From assembly GCA_030390025.1 (NCBI GenBank), contig CM059431.1, positions 136,526,001 to 136,590,000 on the forward strand: a stretch of DNA of 64,000 bases, in the 5' to 3' direction. Each line of letters begins with the position of its first letter. Within the stretch, counting starts at the first letter, position 1. The notes below the pieces were generated by a model. The model did no database searches. It was given only the letters and a program-made list of their open reading frames with translations, and was not told the origin of the DNA. The position numbers and the translations under genes were made by a program. This document shows positions 30,901-43,060 of this stretch, piece after piece. Source of the DNA: Squalus acanthias. Taxonomy: Eukaryota.

Positions 30901-33900
30901 GGACTGAAGAGCAAGACATGGAGAATGATCTGTCTCTAACCGGGAAATGAAGTGCGAGACATGAAGAATGAACTTCCCTAACCGGGGACTGATGAGCGAG
31001 ACATGGAGAATGAACTGTCTCTAACTGGGGACTGAAGAGTGAGACATGGAGAATGAACTGCCTTTAACCAGGAATGAAGAGCGAGAAAAGCCTCTAACCG
31101 GGGACTGATGAGCGAGACATGGAGAATGAACTGCCCCTAACCGTAAACTGAAGAGCGAGACATAGAGAATGAACTGCCTCTAACCGGGGAATGAAGAGCA
31201 AGACATGGAGAATGAACTGTCTCTAACCGTGGATGGATGAGTGAAAAATGGTGGATGAACTGTCTCTAACCGGGGACTGAACAGTGAGACATGGAGAATG
31301 AACTGCCTTAACCGGGGACTGAAGAGTGAGACATGGAGAATGAACTGTCTCTAACCGGGGAATGAAGAGCAAGACATGGAGAATGAAATGCCTGAATCAG
31401 GGGAAAGAAGAGCGAGTTATGGAGAATGAATTGTCTCTAACCGAGGAATGAAGCGCAAGATATGGAGCATGAACTGCCTCAAACTGGGGACTGAAGAGTG
31501 AGATACGGCGAATGAACTGTCTCTAAATGTGGAATGAAGAGCGAGACATGGAGAATGAACTGCCTCTAACCGGGGAGTGAAGAGCGAGACATGAAGAATG
31601 AACTGCCTCTAACAGCGGACTTATGAGCAAGACATGGAAAATGAACTGCCTCTAACCGGGGAATGAAGAGCAAGACATGGAGAATGAACTGTCTCTAACA
31701 GTGGATGGATGAGTGAAAAATGGTGGATGAACTGTCTCTAACCGGGGACTGAAGAGTGAGACATGGAGAATGAACTGTCTCTAACCGGGGGCTGAAGAGC
31801 GAGACATGGAGAATGAACTGCCTCTAACCGGGGACTGAAGAGCGAGACATGGAGAATGAACAGTCTCTAACTGGGGACTGAAGAGTGAGACATGGAGAAT
31901 GAACTGCCTTTAACCAGGAATGAAGAGTGAGACATGGAGAATGAACTGCCTCTATCCGGGGAATGACGAGCGAGACATGGAGAATGAACTGCCTCTATCC
32001 GAGGACTGAAGAGTGCGATATGGAAAATGAACTGCCTCTAATCGGGGACAGAAGAGCGAGACATGGAGAATGAACTGTCTGTAACTGGGAACTGAAGAGT
32101 GAGACATGGAGAATGAACTGTTCTAACCGGGGACTGAAAAGTGAGACATGGAGAATGAACTGTCTCTAACCGGGGAATTAAGAGCGAGACATGAAGAATG
32201 AACTGCCTCTAACAGCGGACTTATGAGCAAGACATGGAAAATGAACTGCCTCTAACCGGGGACTGAAGAGTGAGACATGGAGAATGAACTGTCTCTAACC
32301 GGGGGCTGAAGAGCGAGACATGGAGAATGAACTGCCTCTAACCGGGGACTGAAGAGCGAGACATGGAGAATGAACAGTCTCTAACTGGGGACTGAAGAGT
32401 GAGACATGGAGAATGAACTGCCTTTAACCAGGAATGAAGATCGAGACATGGAGAATGAACTGTCTCTATCCGGGGAATGACGAGCGAGACATGGAGAATG
32501 AACTGCCTCTATCCGAGGACAGAAGAGCGAGACATGGAGAATGAACTGTCTGTAACTGGGAACTGAAGAGTGAGACATGGAGAATGAACTGTTCCAACCG
32601 GGGACTGAAAAGTGAGACATGGAGAATGAACTGTCTCTAACCGGGGAATGAAGAGCAAGACATGGAGAATGAACTGCCTGAATCCGGGGAAAGAAGAGCG
32701 AGACATGGAGAATGAATTGTCTCGAACTGGGGACTGAAGAGTGAGACATGGAGAACGAATTGTCTCTAACCGGGGAATGAAGAGTGAGATATGGAGAATG
32801 AACTGCCTCAAACTGGGGACTGAAGAGTGAGATATGGAGAATGAACTGTCTCTAACTGAGGAATGAAGAGCGAGACATGGAGAATGAACTGCCCCTAACC
32901 GGGGAGTGAAGAGCGAGACATGAAGAATGACTTCCTCTAACAGCGGACTGAGGAGCAAGACATGGAGAATGAACTGCCTCTAACCGGGGAATGAAGAGTG
33001 AGACATGGAGAATGAACTGCCTCTAAGCGGGGAATGAAGAGTGAGACATAGAGAATTAACTGTCTCTAACCGTGGACGGAAGAGTGAAAAATGGAGAATG
33101 AACTGTCTCTAACCGGGAACTGAAGAGTGAGACATGGAGAATGAACTGTCTCTAACCGGGGAATGAAGAGAAAGACATGGAGAATGAACTGTCTCTAAAT
33201 GTGGAATGAAGAGCGAGACATGGAGAATGAACTGCCTCTAACCGGGGAGTGAAGAGCAAGACATGAAGAATGAACTGCCTCTAACAGCGGACTTATGAGC
33301 AAGACATGGAAAATGAACTGCCTCTAACCGGGGAATGAAGAGTGAGACATGGAGAATGAACTGCCTCTAACCGGGGAATGAAGAGCAAGACATGGAGAAT
33401 GAACTGTCTCTAACCGTGGATGGATGAGTGAAAAATGGTGGATGAACTGTCTCTAACCGGGGACTGAAGAGTGAGACATGGAGAATGAACTGCCTTAACC
33501 GGGGACTGAAGAGTGAGACATGGAGAATGAACTGTCTCTAACCGGGGGCTGAAGAGCGAGACCTGGAGAATGAACTGCCTCTAACCGGGGACTGAAGAGC
33601 GAGACATGGAGAATGAACTGTCTCTAACTGGGGACTGAAGAGTGAGACATGGAGAATTAACTGCCTTTAACCAGGAATGAAGAGCGAGACATGGAGAATG
33701 AACTGCCTCCATCCGGGGAATGACGAGCGAGACATGGAGAATGAACTGCCTCTATCCGAGGACTGAAGAGTGCGATATGGAAAATGAACTGCCTCTAATC
33801 GGGGACAGAAGAGCGAGACATGGAGAATGAACTGTCTGTAACCGGGAACTGAAGAGTGAGACATGGAGAATGAACTTTTCTAACCGGGGACTGAAAAGTG

Positions 33901-36900
33901 AGACATGGAGAATGAACTGTCTCTAACCGGGGAATGAAGAGCAAGACATGGAGAATGAACTGCCTGAATCCGGGGAAAGAAGAGCGAGACATGGAGAATG
34001 AATTGTCTCGAACTGGGTACTGAAGAGTGAGACATGGAGAACGAATTGTCTCTAACCGGGGAATGAAGCGCGAGATATGGAGAATGAACTGCCTCAAACT
34101 GGGGACTGAAGAGTGAGATATGGAGAATGAACTGTCTCTAACTGAGGAATGAAGAGCGAGACATGAAGAATGAACTTCCTCGAACAGCGGACTGAAGGGC
34201 AAGACATGGAGAATGAACTGCCTCTAACCGGGGAATGAAGAGTGAGACATGGAGAATGAACTGCCTCTAACCGGGGAATGTAGGGTGAGAGATAGAGAAT
34301 GAACTGTCTCTAACCGTGGACGGAAGAGTGAAAAATGGAGAATGAACTGTCTCTAACCGGGGACTGAAGAGTGAGACATGGAGAATGAACTGCCTCTAAC
34401 CGGGGAATGAAGAGTGAGACTTGGAGAATGAACTGCCTCTAACCGCGGACTGAAGAGCAAGACATGGAGATTGAACTGTCTCTAACCGTGGATGGATGAG
34501 TGAAAAATGGAGAATGAACTGTCTCTAACCGGGGAATGAAGAGTGAGACATGGAGAATGAACTGTCTCTAACCGGGGGCTGAAGAGCGAGACATGGAGAA
34601 TGAACTGCCTCTGAACGGGGACTGAAGAGTGAGACATGCAGAATGAACATCCTTCAGCTAGGGAATGAAGAACTAGACATGGAGAATGAACTGCCTCTGA
34701 ACGGGGACTGAAGAGTGAGACATTCAGAATGAATAGCCTTTTGCCAGGGAATGAAGAAATAGACATGGAGAATGAACTGCCTCAAACCGGGGACTGAAGA
34801 GTGAGACATGGAGAATGAACTGCCTCTAACCGGCGACTGATGAACGAGACATGGAGAATGAACTGCCTCTAACCGTAAACTGAAGAGCGAGACATGGAGA
34901 ATGAACTGCCTCTAACCGTTGGCTGAAGACTGAGACATGGAGAATGAACTGCCTCTAATCGGGGACTGAAGAGCGAGATATTGAGAATGAACTGCCTCTA
35001 ACAGGGGAATTAAGACCGAGGCATGGAGAATGAACTGCCTCTAACCGGGGAAGGAAGAGTGAGACATGGAGAATGAACTGTATTTAACCGGGGACTGCGG
35101 GCCAACACATGGAGAATGAACTGCCTCTAACCGTGGAATGAATCGTGAGACATTGAGAAGGAACTGTCTCTAACCGGGGACTGAAGAGCGAGACATGGAG
35201 AATGAACTGTCTCTAACTGGGGACTGAAGAGAGAGACATTGAGAATGAACTGTCTCTAAACGGGGACTGAAGAGTCGAACATGGAGAATGAACTGCCTCT
35301 AAACGGGGACTGATGAGCGAGACATGGAGAATGAACTGTCTCTAACTGGGGACTGAAGAGTGAGACATGGAGAATGAACTGCCTTTAACCAGGAATCAAG
35401 AGCGAGAAAAGCCTCTAACCGGGGACTGATGAGCGAGACATGGAGAATGAACTGCCCCTAACCGTAAACTGAAGAGCGAGACATGGAGAATGAACTGCCT
35501 CTAACCGGTGGCTGAAGAGAGAGACATGGATAATGAACTGCCTCTAATCGGGGACTGAAGAGCGAGATATTGAGAATGAACTGTCTCTGACTGGGGAATT
35601 AAGACCGAGACATGGAGAATGAACTGCCTCTAATCGGGGACTGAAGAGCGAGATATTGAGAATGAACTGCCTGTAACTGGGGAATTAAGACCAAGACATG
35701 GAGAATGAACTGCCTCTAACTGGGGAAGGAAGAGTGAGACATGGAGAATGAAGTGTATTTAACCGGGGACTGCGGGCCAAGACATGGAGAATAAACTGCC
35801 TCTGAACGGGGACTGAAGAGTGAGACATTCAGAATGAATAGCCTTTTGCCAGCGAATGAAGAAATAGACATGGAGAATGAACTGCCTCTAACTGGGGACT
35901 GAAGAGTGAGACATGGAGGTTAAATTGCCTCTAATTGCGGAGAGAGGTGCGAGAAATGGAGTATTATCTGTCTCCAACTTGTGTCTGAAGAGTGAAGCAT
36001 GGAGAACGAACTTCCGCTAAGTGGAGACCGAAGAGCGTGACACGTGAAATCAACTGTCTATGCGGGGAATGAAGACAGTGACATGGAGAATGAACTGTCT
36101 CGAACCGTGGACGGAAGAGTGAAAAATGGAGAATGAACTGTCTATAACCGGGGACTGAAGAGTGAGACATGGAGAATGAACTGCCTCTAACCGGGGAATG
36201 AAGAGTGAGATTGGAGAATGAACTGCCTCTAACCGCGGACTGAAGAGCAAGACATGGAGAATGATCTGTCTCTAACCGGGAAATGAAGTGCGAGACATGA
36301 AGAATGAACTTCCCTAACCGGGGACTGATGAGCGAGACATGGAGAATGAACTGTCTCTAACTGGGGACTGAAGAGTGAGACATGGAGAATGAACTGCCTT
36401 TAACCAGGAATGAAGAGCGAGAAAAGCCTCTAACCGGGGACTGATGAGCGAGACATGGAGAATGAACTGCCCCTAACCGTAAACTGAAGAGCGAGACATG
36501 GAGAATGAACTGCCTCTAACCGGGGAATGAAGAGCAAGACATGGAGAATGAACTGTCTCTAACCGTGGATGGATGAGTGAAAAATGGTGGATGAACTGTC
36601 TCTAACCGGGGACTGAAGAGTGAGACATGGAGAATGAACTGCCTTAACCGGGGACTGAAGAGTGAGACATGGAGAATGAACTGTCTCTAAGCGGGGGCTG
36701 AAGAGCGAGACCTGGAGAATGAACTGCCTCTAACCGGGGACTGAAGAGCGAGACATGGAGAATGAACTGTCTCTAACTGGGGACTGAAGAGTGAGACATG
36801 GAGAATTAACTGCCTTTAACCAGGAATGAAGAGCGAGACATGGAGAATGAACTGCCTCCATCCGGGGAATGACGAGCGAGACATGGAGAATGAACTGCCT

Positions 36901-38500
36901 CTATCCGAGGACTGAAGAGTGCGATATGGAAAATGAACTCCCTCTAATCGGGGACAGAAGAGCGAGACATGGAGAATGAACTGTCTGTAACCGGGAACTG
37001 AAGAGTGAGACATGGAGAATGAACTTTTCTAACCGGGGACTGAAAAGTGAGACATGGAGAATGAACTGTCTCTAACCGGGGAATGAAGAGCAAGACATGG
37101 AGAATGAACTGCCTGAATCCGGGGAAAGAAGAGCGAGACATGGAGAATTAATTGTCTCGAACTGGGTACTGAAGAGTGAGACATGGAGAACGAATTGTCT
37201 CTAACCGGGGAATGAAGCGCGAGATATGGAGAATGAACTGCCTCAAACTGGGGACTGAAGAGTGAGATATGGAGAATGAACTGTCTCTAACTGAGGAATG
37301 AAGAGCGAGACATGAAGAATGAACTTCCTCTAACAGCGGACTGAAGAGCAAGACATGGAGAATGAACTGCCTCTAACCGGGGAATGAAGAGTGAGACATG
37401 GAGAATGAACTGCCTCTAACCGGGGAATGTAGGGTGAGAGATAGAGAATGAACTGTCTATAACCGTGGACGGAAGAGTGAAAAATGGAGAATGAACTGTC
37501 TCTAACCGGGGACTGAAGAGTGAGACATGGAGAATGAACTGCCTCTAACCGGGGAATGAAGAGTGAGACTTGGAGAATGAACTGCCTCTAACCGCGGACT
37601 GAAGAGCAAGACATGGAGAATGAACTGTCTCTAACCGTGGATGGATGAGTGAAAAATGGAGAATGAACTGTCTCTAACCGGGGAATGAAGAGTGAGACAT
37701 GGAGAATGAACTGTCTCTAACCGGGGGCTGAAGAGCGAGACATGGAGAATGAACTGCCTCTGAACGGGGACTGAAGAGTGAGACATGCAGAATGAACATC
37801 CTTCAGCTAGGGAATGAAGAACTAGACATGGAGAATGAACTGCCTCTGAACGGGGACTGAAGAGTGAGACATTCAGAATGAATAGCCTTTTGCCAGGGAA
37901 TGAAGAAATAGACATGGAGAATGAACTGCCTCAAACCGGGGACTGAAGAGTGAGACATGGAGAATGAACTGCCTCTAACCGGCGACTGATGAACGAGACA
38001 TGGAGAATGAACTGCCTCTAACCGTAAACTGAAGAGCGAGACATGGAGAATGAACTGCCTCTAACCGTTGGCTGAAGACTGAGACATGGAGAATGAACTG
38101 CCTCTAATCGGGGACTGAAGAGCGAGATATTGAGAATGAACTGCCTCTAACAGGGGAATTAAGACCGAGGCATGGAGAATGAACTGCCTCTAACCGGGGA
38201 AGGAAGAGTGAGACATGGAGAATGAACTGTATTTAACCGGGGACTGCGGGCCAACACATGGAGAATGAACTGCCTCTAACCGTGGAATGAATAGTGAGAC
38301 ATTGAGAAGGAACTGTCTCTAACCGGGGACTGAAGAGCGAGACATGGAGAATGAACTGTCTCTAACTGGGGACTGAAGAGAGAGACATTGAGAATGAACT
38401 GTCTCTAAACGGGGACTGAAGAGTCGAACATGGAGAATGAACTGCCTCTAAACGGGGACTGATGAGCGAGACATGGAGAATGAACTGTCTCTAACTGGGG
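21950..38500 (+). repeat. Multi-kb duplicated satellite blocks, family B (units of ~3.1-5.3 kb)
   Basis: ORF-track twins are offset by 4135 (24325/28460, 25011/29146, 26493/30628), 9342 (23039/32381, 24325/33667) and 3149 (33667/36816, 34482/37631). Boundaries are approximate. Confidence 0.85.
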
Positions 38501-39830
38501 ACTGAAGAGCGAGACATGGAGGTTAAATTGCCTCTAATTGCGGAGAGAGGTGCGAGAAATGGAGTATTATCTGTCTCCAACTTGTGTCTGAAGAGTGAAG
38601 CATGGAGAACGAACTTCCGCTAAGTGGAGACCGAAGAGCGTGACACGTGAAATCAACTGTCTATGCGGGGAATGAAGACAGTGACATGGAGAATGAACTG
38701 TCTCGAACCGTGGACGGAAGAGTGAAAAATGGAGAATGAACTGTCTATAACCGGGGACTGAAGAGTGAGACATGGAGAATGAACTGCCTCTAACCGGGGA
38801 ATGAAGAGTGAGACTTGGAGAATGAACTGCCTCTAACCGCGGACTGAAGAGCAAGACATGGAGAATGATCTGTCTCTAACCGGGAAATGAAGTGCGAGAC
38901 ATGAAGAATGAACTTCCCTAACCGGGGACTGAAGAATGAGACATGGAGAAGGAATGGTCTCTAACCGGGGACTGGTGAGAGAGACATGGAGAATGAACTG
39001 TCTCCAACCGGGGAATGAAATGCAAGATATGTAGAATGAACTGTCTTTAACTGGGGATTGAACAGTGAGACATGGAAAATGAACTGTCTCAAACTTTGGA
39101 CAGAAGAGTGAGAAATGGAGAATGAACTGCCTCTAACCGGAGATTGAAGAGTGAGACATGGAGAATGAACTGTCTCTAACTGGGGACTGAAGAGAGAGAC
39201 ATTGAGAATGAACTGTCTCTAAACGGGGACTGAAGAGTCGAACATGGAGAATGAAATGCCTCTAAACGGGGACTGATGAGCGAGACATGGAGAATGAAAT
39301 GTCTCTAACTGGGGACTGAAGAGTGAGACATGGAGAATGAACTGCCTTTAACCAGGAATGAAGAGCGAGAAAAGCCTCTAACCGGGGACTGATGAGCGAG
39401 ACATGGAGAATGAACTGCCCCTAACCGTAAACTGAAGAGCGAGACATGGAGAATGAACTGCCTCTAACCGGTGGCTGAAGAGAGAGACATGGAGAATGAA
39501 CTGCCTCTAATCGGGGACTGAAGAGCGAGATATTGAGAATGAACTGCCTCTAACTGGGGAATTAAGACCGAGACATGGAGAATGAACTGCCTCTAATCGG
39601 GGACTGAAGAGCGAGATATTGAGAATGAACTGCCTGTAACTGGGGAATTAAGACCAAGACATGGAGAATGAACTGCCTCTAACTGGGGAAGGAAGAGTGA
39701 GACATGGAGAATGAAGTGTATTTAACCGGGGACTGCGGGCCAAGACATGGAGAATAAACTGCCTCTGAACGGGGACTGAAGAGTGAGACATTCAGAATGA
39801 ATAGCCTTTTGCCAGCGAATGAAGAAATAG

Positions 39831-39855
39831 ACATAAGAACATAAGAACGTAAGAA
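39831..39855 (-). repeat. CR1 3' terminal microsatellite tail, (TTCTTATG)x3 with one TTCTTACG variant
   Basis: The plus strand reads A CATAAGAA CATAAGAA CGTAAGAA. 8-bp tails are a hallmark of CR1. Confidence 0.92.
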
Positions 39856-40070
39856 ATAGGAGCAGGAGTAGGCCAATCGGCCCCTCGAGCCTGCTCCGCC
39901 ATTCAATAAGATCATGGCTGATCTGATCCTAACCGCCAATCTACTATCTATCACAGAACCATCTCCTGCATCTAACAGAATTGCACACATGAAATAGGAG
40001 CAGAATCAGGCTACACGGTCCCTGGGCCCGCTCCACTACCCACAGGGCCATGACCGATTCGAACCTAGAC
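39853..40070 (-). other. 3'UTR of the full-length CR1, containing two diverged copies of the ~80-nt 3' terminal module
   Basis: GAAATAGGAGCAG starts at both 39853 and 39991 (138 nt apart), and similarity continues for ~80 nt. Confidence 0.8.
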
Positions 40071-43022
40071 TCATGTCCAAATTCCTGCCCGCTCCCCGTA
40101 ACCCTTAATGCCCTTTACTTCTAGGAAACTGTCTATTTCTGTTTTAAATTTAATTAATGTTGTAGCTTCTACAGCTTTTTGTGGCAGCATATTCCATGGA
40201 CCTACCACCCTCTGAGTGAAGTAGTTCCTCCTCATCTCAGTTTTGAAAGAGCAGCCCCTTATTCTAAGACTATGTCCCCTAGTTCTAGTCTCACCCGTCA
40301 TCGGGAACATCCTCCCCGCATCCACCCGATCCAACCCCTTCACAATCTTATATGTTTCAATAAGATCGCCTCTCATTCTTCTGAACTCCAATGAGTAGAG
40401 TCCCAATCTACCCAACCTCTCCTCATATGACCACCCCCTCATCCCCGGGATTAACCGAGTTAACCTTTTTTGCACTGCCTCGAGAGCAAGGATGTCTTTC
40501 CTTAAGTAAGGACACCAAAACTGTATGCAGTATTCCAGGTGCGGTCTCACCAATACCTTGTACAACTGAAGCAATACCTCCCTATTTTTATATTCTATCC
40601 CCCTAGCAATGAAAGCCAACATTCCATTTGCCTTCTTAATCACTTGCTGCACCTGCATACTAACCTTTTGAGTTTCGTGCACCAGGACCTCCAGATCCCT
40701 TTGCACTTCAGTACTCTCCAGTTTCTTGCCATTAAGATAATAAATTGCTCTAGGATTTTTCCTGCCAAAGTGCATCACCTCACACTTTCCAGTGTTGTAT
40801 TCCATCTGTCAAATCTCTGCCCACTTACTTAGCCTGTCTATGTCCCCTTGCAGGCTTTTTATGTCCTCCTCACTCACTACTTTCCCTCCCATCTTTGTAT
40901 CATCTGCAAATTTTGACATGTTACACTTGGTCCCTTCCTCCAAATCGTTAATATAGGTTGTGAAGAGTTGGGGACCCAGCACTGACCCCTGTGGAACACC
41001 ACTAGTTACTGATTGCCAGTCTGAGAATGAACCATTTATCCCAACTCTTTGCTTTCTGTTAGATAGCCAATCCTCTATCCATGCCAGAATATTACCCCCA
41101 ATCCCGTGATTTTTTACCTTAAGCAATAATCTTTTGTGTGGCACCTTGTCAAATGCCTTTTGGAAGTCTAAATACACTACGTCCACTGGTTCCCCTTTAT
41201 CCACTCTATATGTTACTTCCTCAAAGAACTCCAGCAAATTTGTCAAACATGACTTCCCCTTCGTAAAACCATGCTGACTTTGTCCTATTAAATTATGATT
41301 ATCCAAATGTCCTGTTACTGTTTCCTTAATAATGGACTCCAAAGTTTTAGCTACCACAGATGTTAGGCTAACCGGTCTATAGTTACCAGCCTTCTGTCTG
41401 CTGCCCTTTTTAAATAAGGGTGTTACATTAGCAGTTTTCCAGTCTGCCGGGACCTTAGCGGAATCCAGGGAGTTTTGAAAAATTATTACCAATGCATCTA
41501 CAATCCCTACCGCCACTTCCTTCAAGACTCTAGGATGTAAGCCATCAGGTCCAGGTGATTTATCCGCCTTGAGTCCCATTATTTTACCGAGTACCACTTC
41601 CTTAGTGATTTTGATCGTGTTTAGCTCCTCTCCCCCTATAGCCCCCTGTTTGTCCAGTGTTGGGATATTCTTAGTGTCCTCTACTGTAAAGACTGATACA
41701 AAATATTCATTCAGTGTTTTTGCCATCTCCATATTTCCCACCATTAATTTCCCGGTCTCATCCTCTAAGGGACCAACATTTACTTTAGCCACCCTTTTTC
41801 TTTTTATATAACTATAAAAACTCTTACTATCTGTTTTTATATTTTTTGCTAATTTACTTTCATAATCTATCTTCCCTTTCTTAATCAATCTTTTTGTTAT
41901 TTTTTGCTGCCTTTTAAAGTTTTCCCAATCCTCTGTCCTCCCACTAGATTTCGCTACCTTATATGCCCTTGTTTTTAGTCGAATACTATCCTTAATTTCT
42001 TTACTTAGCCACGGATGACTGTCCTTTCTTTTACACCCTTTTCTTTTCAGTGGAATATATTTTTTTTGGATGTTGTAAAATAACTCCTTGAATGTACACC
42101 ACTGATCATGTGTCGTCTTACCCTTTAATCTATTTTCCCAATCCACTCTACTCAATTCCGCTCGCATACCTTCATAGTCTCCTTTATTCAAGCTTAGCAC
42201 GCTTGTTTGAGATCCAACCTTCTCACCCTCTAATTGAATATGGAATTCAACCATGTTATGGTCACTCATTCCAAGGGGATCCTTTACTAGGACATTTTTA
42301 ATTAATCCTGTCTCGTTACACAGGACCAGATCTAAGGTTGCTTGCCCCCTGGTCGGTTCAGTTACATACTGCTCAAGAAACCCATCCCTAATACACTCAA
42401 TGAACTCATCCTCAAGGCAGCCCTGCCCCATTTGATTTGTCCAATTAATATGATAGTTAAAATCCCCCATAATTATAGATGTTCCCTTATTACATGCCTC
42501 AACTATTTCCTGATTGATACTCCGTCCAACAGAGTTGCAACTGTTCGGAGGCCTATAGACTACGCCCACTAGTGTTTTTTTCCCCTTATTATTCCTTATC
42601 TCCACCCAAACTGTTTCATTATCATGATTTTTTGACCCAATATCATTACTCTGTATTACAGTGATTCCTTCCTTTATTAACATAGCCACCCCACCTCCCC
42701 TTCCTTCCTGCCTGTCCTTCCTGATCGTTAAATAACCTGGTATGTTTAATTCCCAGGCATTGTCACCCTGCAGCCATGTTTCTGTAATGGCCACAATATC
42801 ATAACCATATGTAGTTATTTGTGCCATTAACTCGTCTATTTTGTTACGAATGCTACGTGCATTCAGATAGAGAACTTTCAAATATGCTTTGTGGCACTTA
42901 GTTCCTGCTTTTTCACTTTTTACCACTTTACCTTTTACTCCACACACTCTGTCCCTTCCTGCCACGCTCTGATTTGTGATTCCCCTACTGCTACCTATGT
43001 CTATGACCCTCTCTGTTGTCAT
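40071..43022 (-). pseudogene. CR1 ORF2 (APE endonuclease + reverse transcriptase), 983 aa if repaired; split by one in-frame stop into 737 aa (40809-43022) and 244 aa (40071-40805) ORFs
   Basis: EN motifs YLNARS, ITETWL, VYRPP, MGDFN, LDLVL, SDH; RT motifs NYRPVSLTS, QHGF, DFQKAFD, GVPQGSVLGP, FADD. The junction reads ATT TGA CAG ATG in a single frame (WAEI*QMEYN), versus WANVWQMKYN in the second element. Confidence 0.95.
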
Positions 43023-43060
43023 TTTTATTTTTTGCTCTCTTGAAACCTCCCCCCCACTAA

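Larger units (their letters stand above)
1..39834 (+). repeat. 43-bp tandem satellite array, left segment (continues beyond the window start)
   Basis: Continuous head-to-tail copies of CTCTAACCGGGGACTGAAGAGYGAGACATGGAGAATGAACTGY (43 nt counted), with point variants and occasional indel monomers. Ends at ...GAAGAAATAGACAT, where the LINE tail begins. Confidence 0.98.

Noticed and set aside
1..39834. CRISPR-like look (conserved GAGACATGGAGAATGAACTG alternating with a more variable part)
   Set aside because: The variable parts are homologous variants of one sequence rather than unique spacers. There are no cas genes and the context is vertebrate LINEs.
39679..39990. 103-aa ORF spanning the LINE 3'UTR and satellite
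   Set aside because: Chance read-through across the tail/satellite junction, with no recognisable domain.
40806..40811. TGA as selenocysteine or programmed read-through
   Set aside because: The homologous residue is Trp (TGG) in the second element. A single nonsense change is simpler, and no SECIS is evident.
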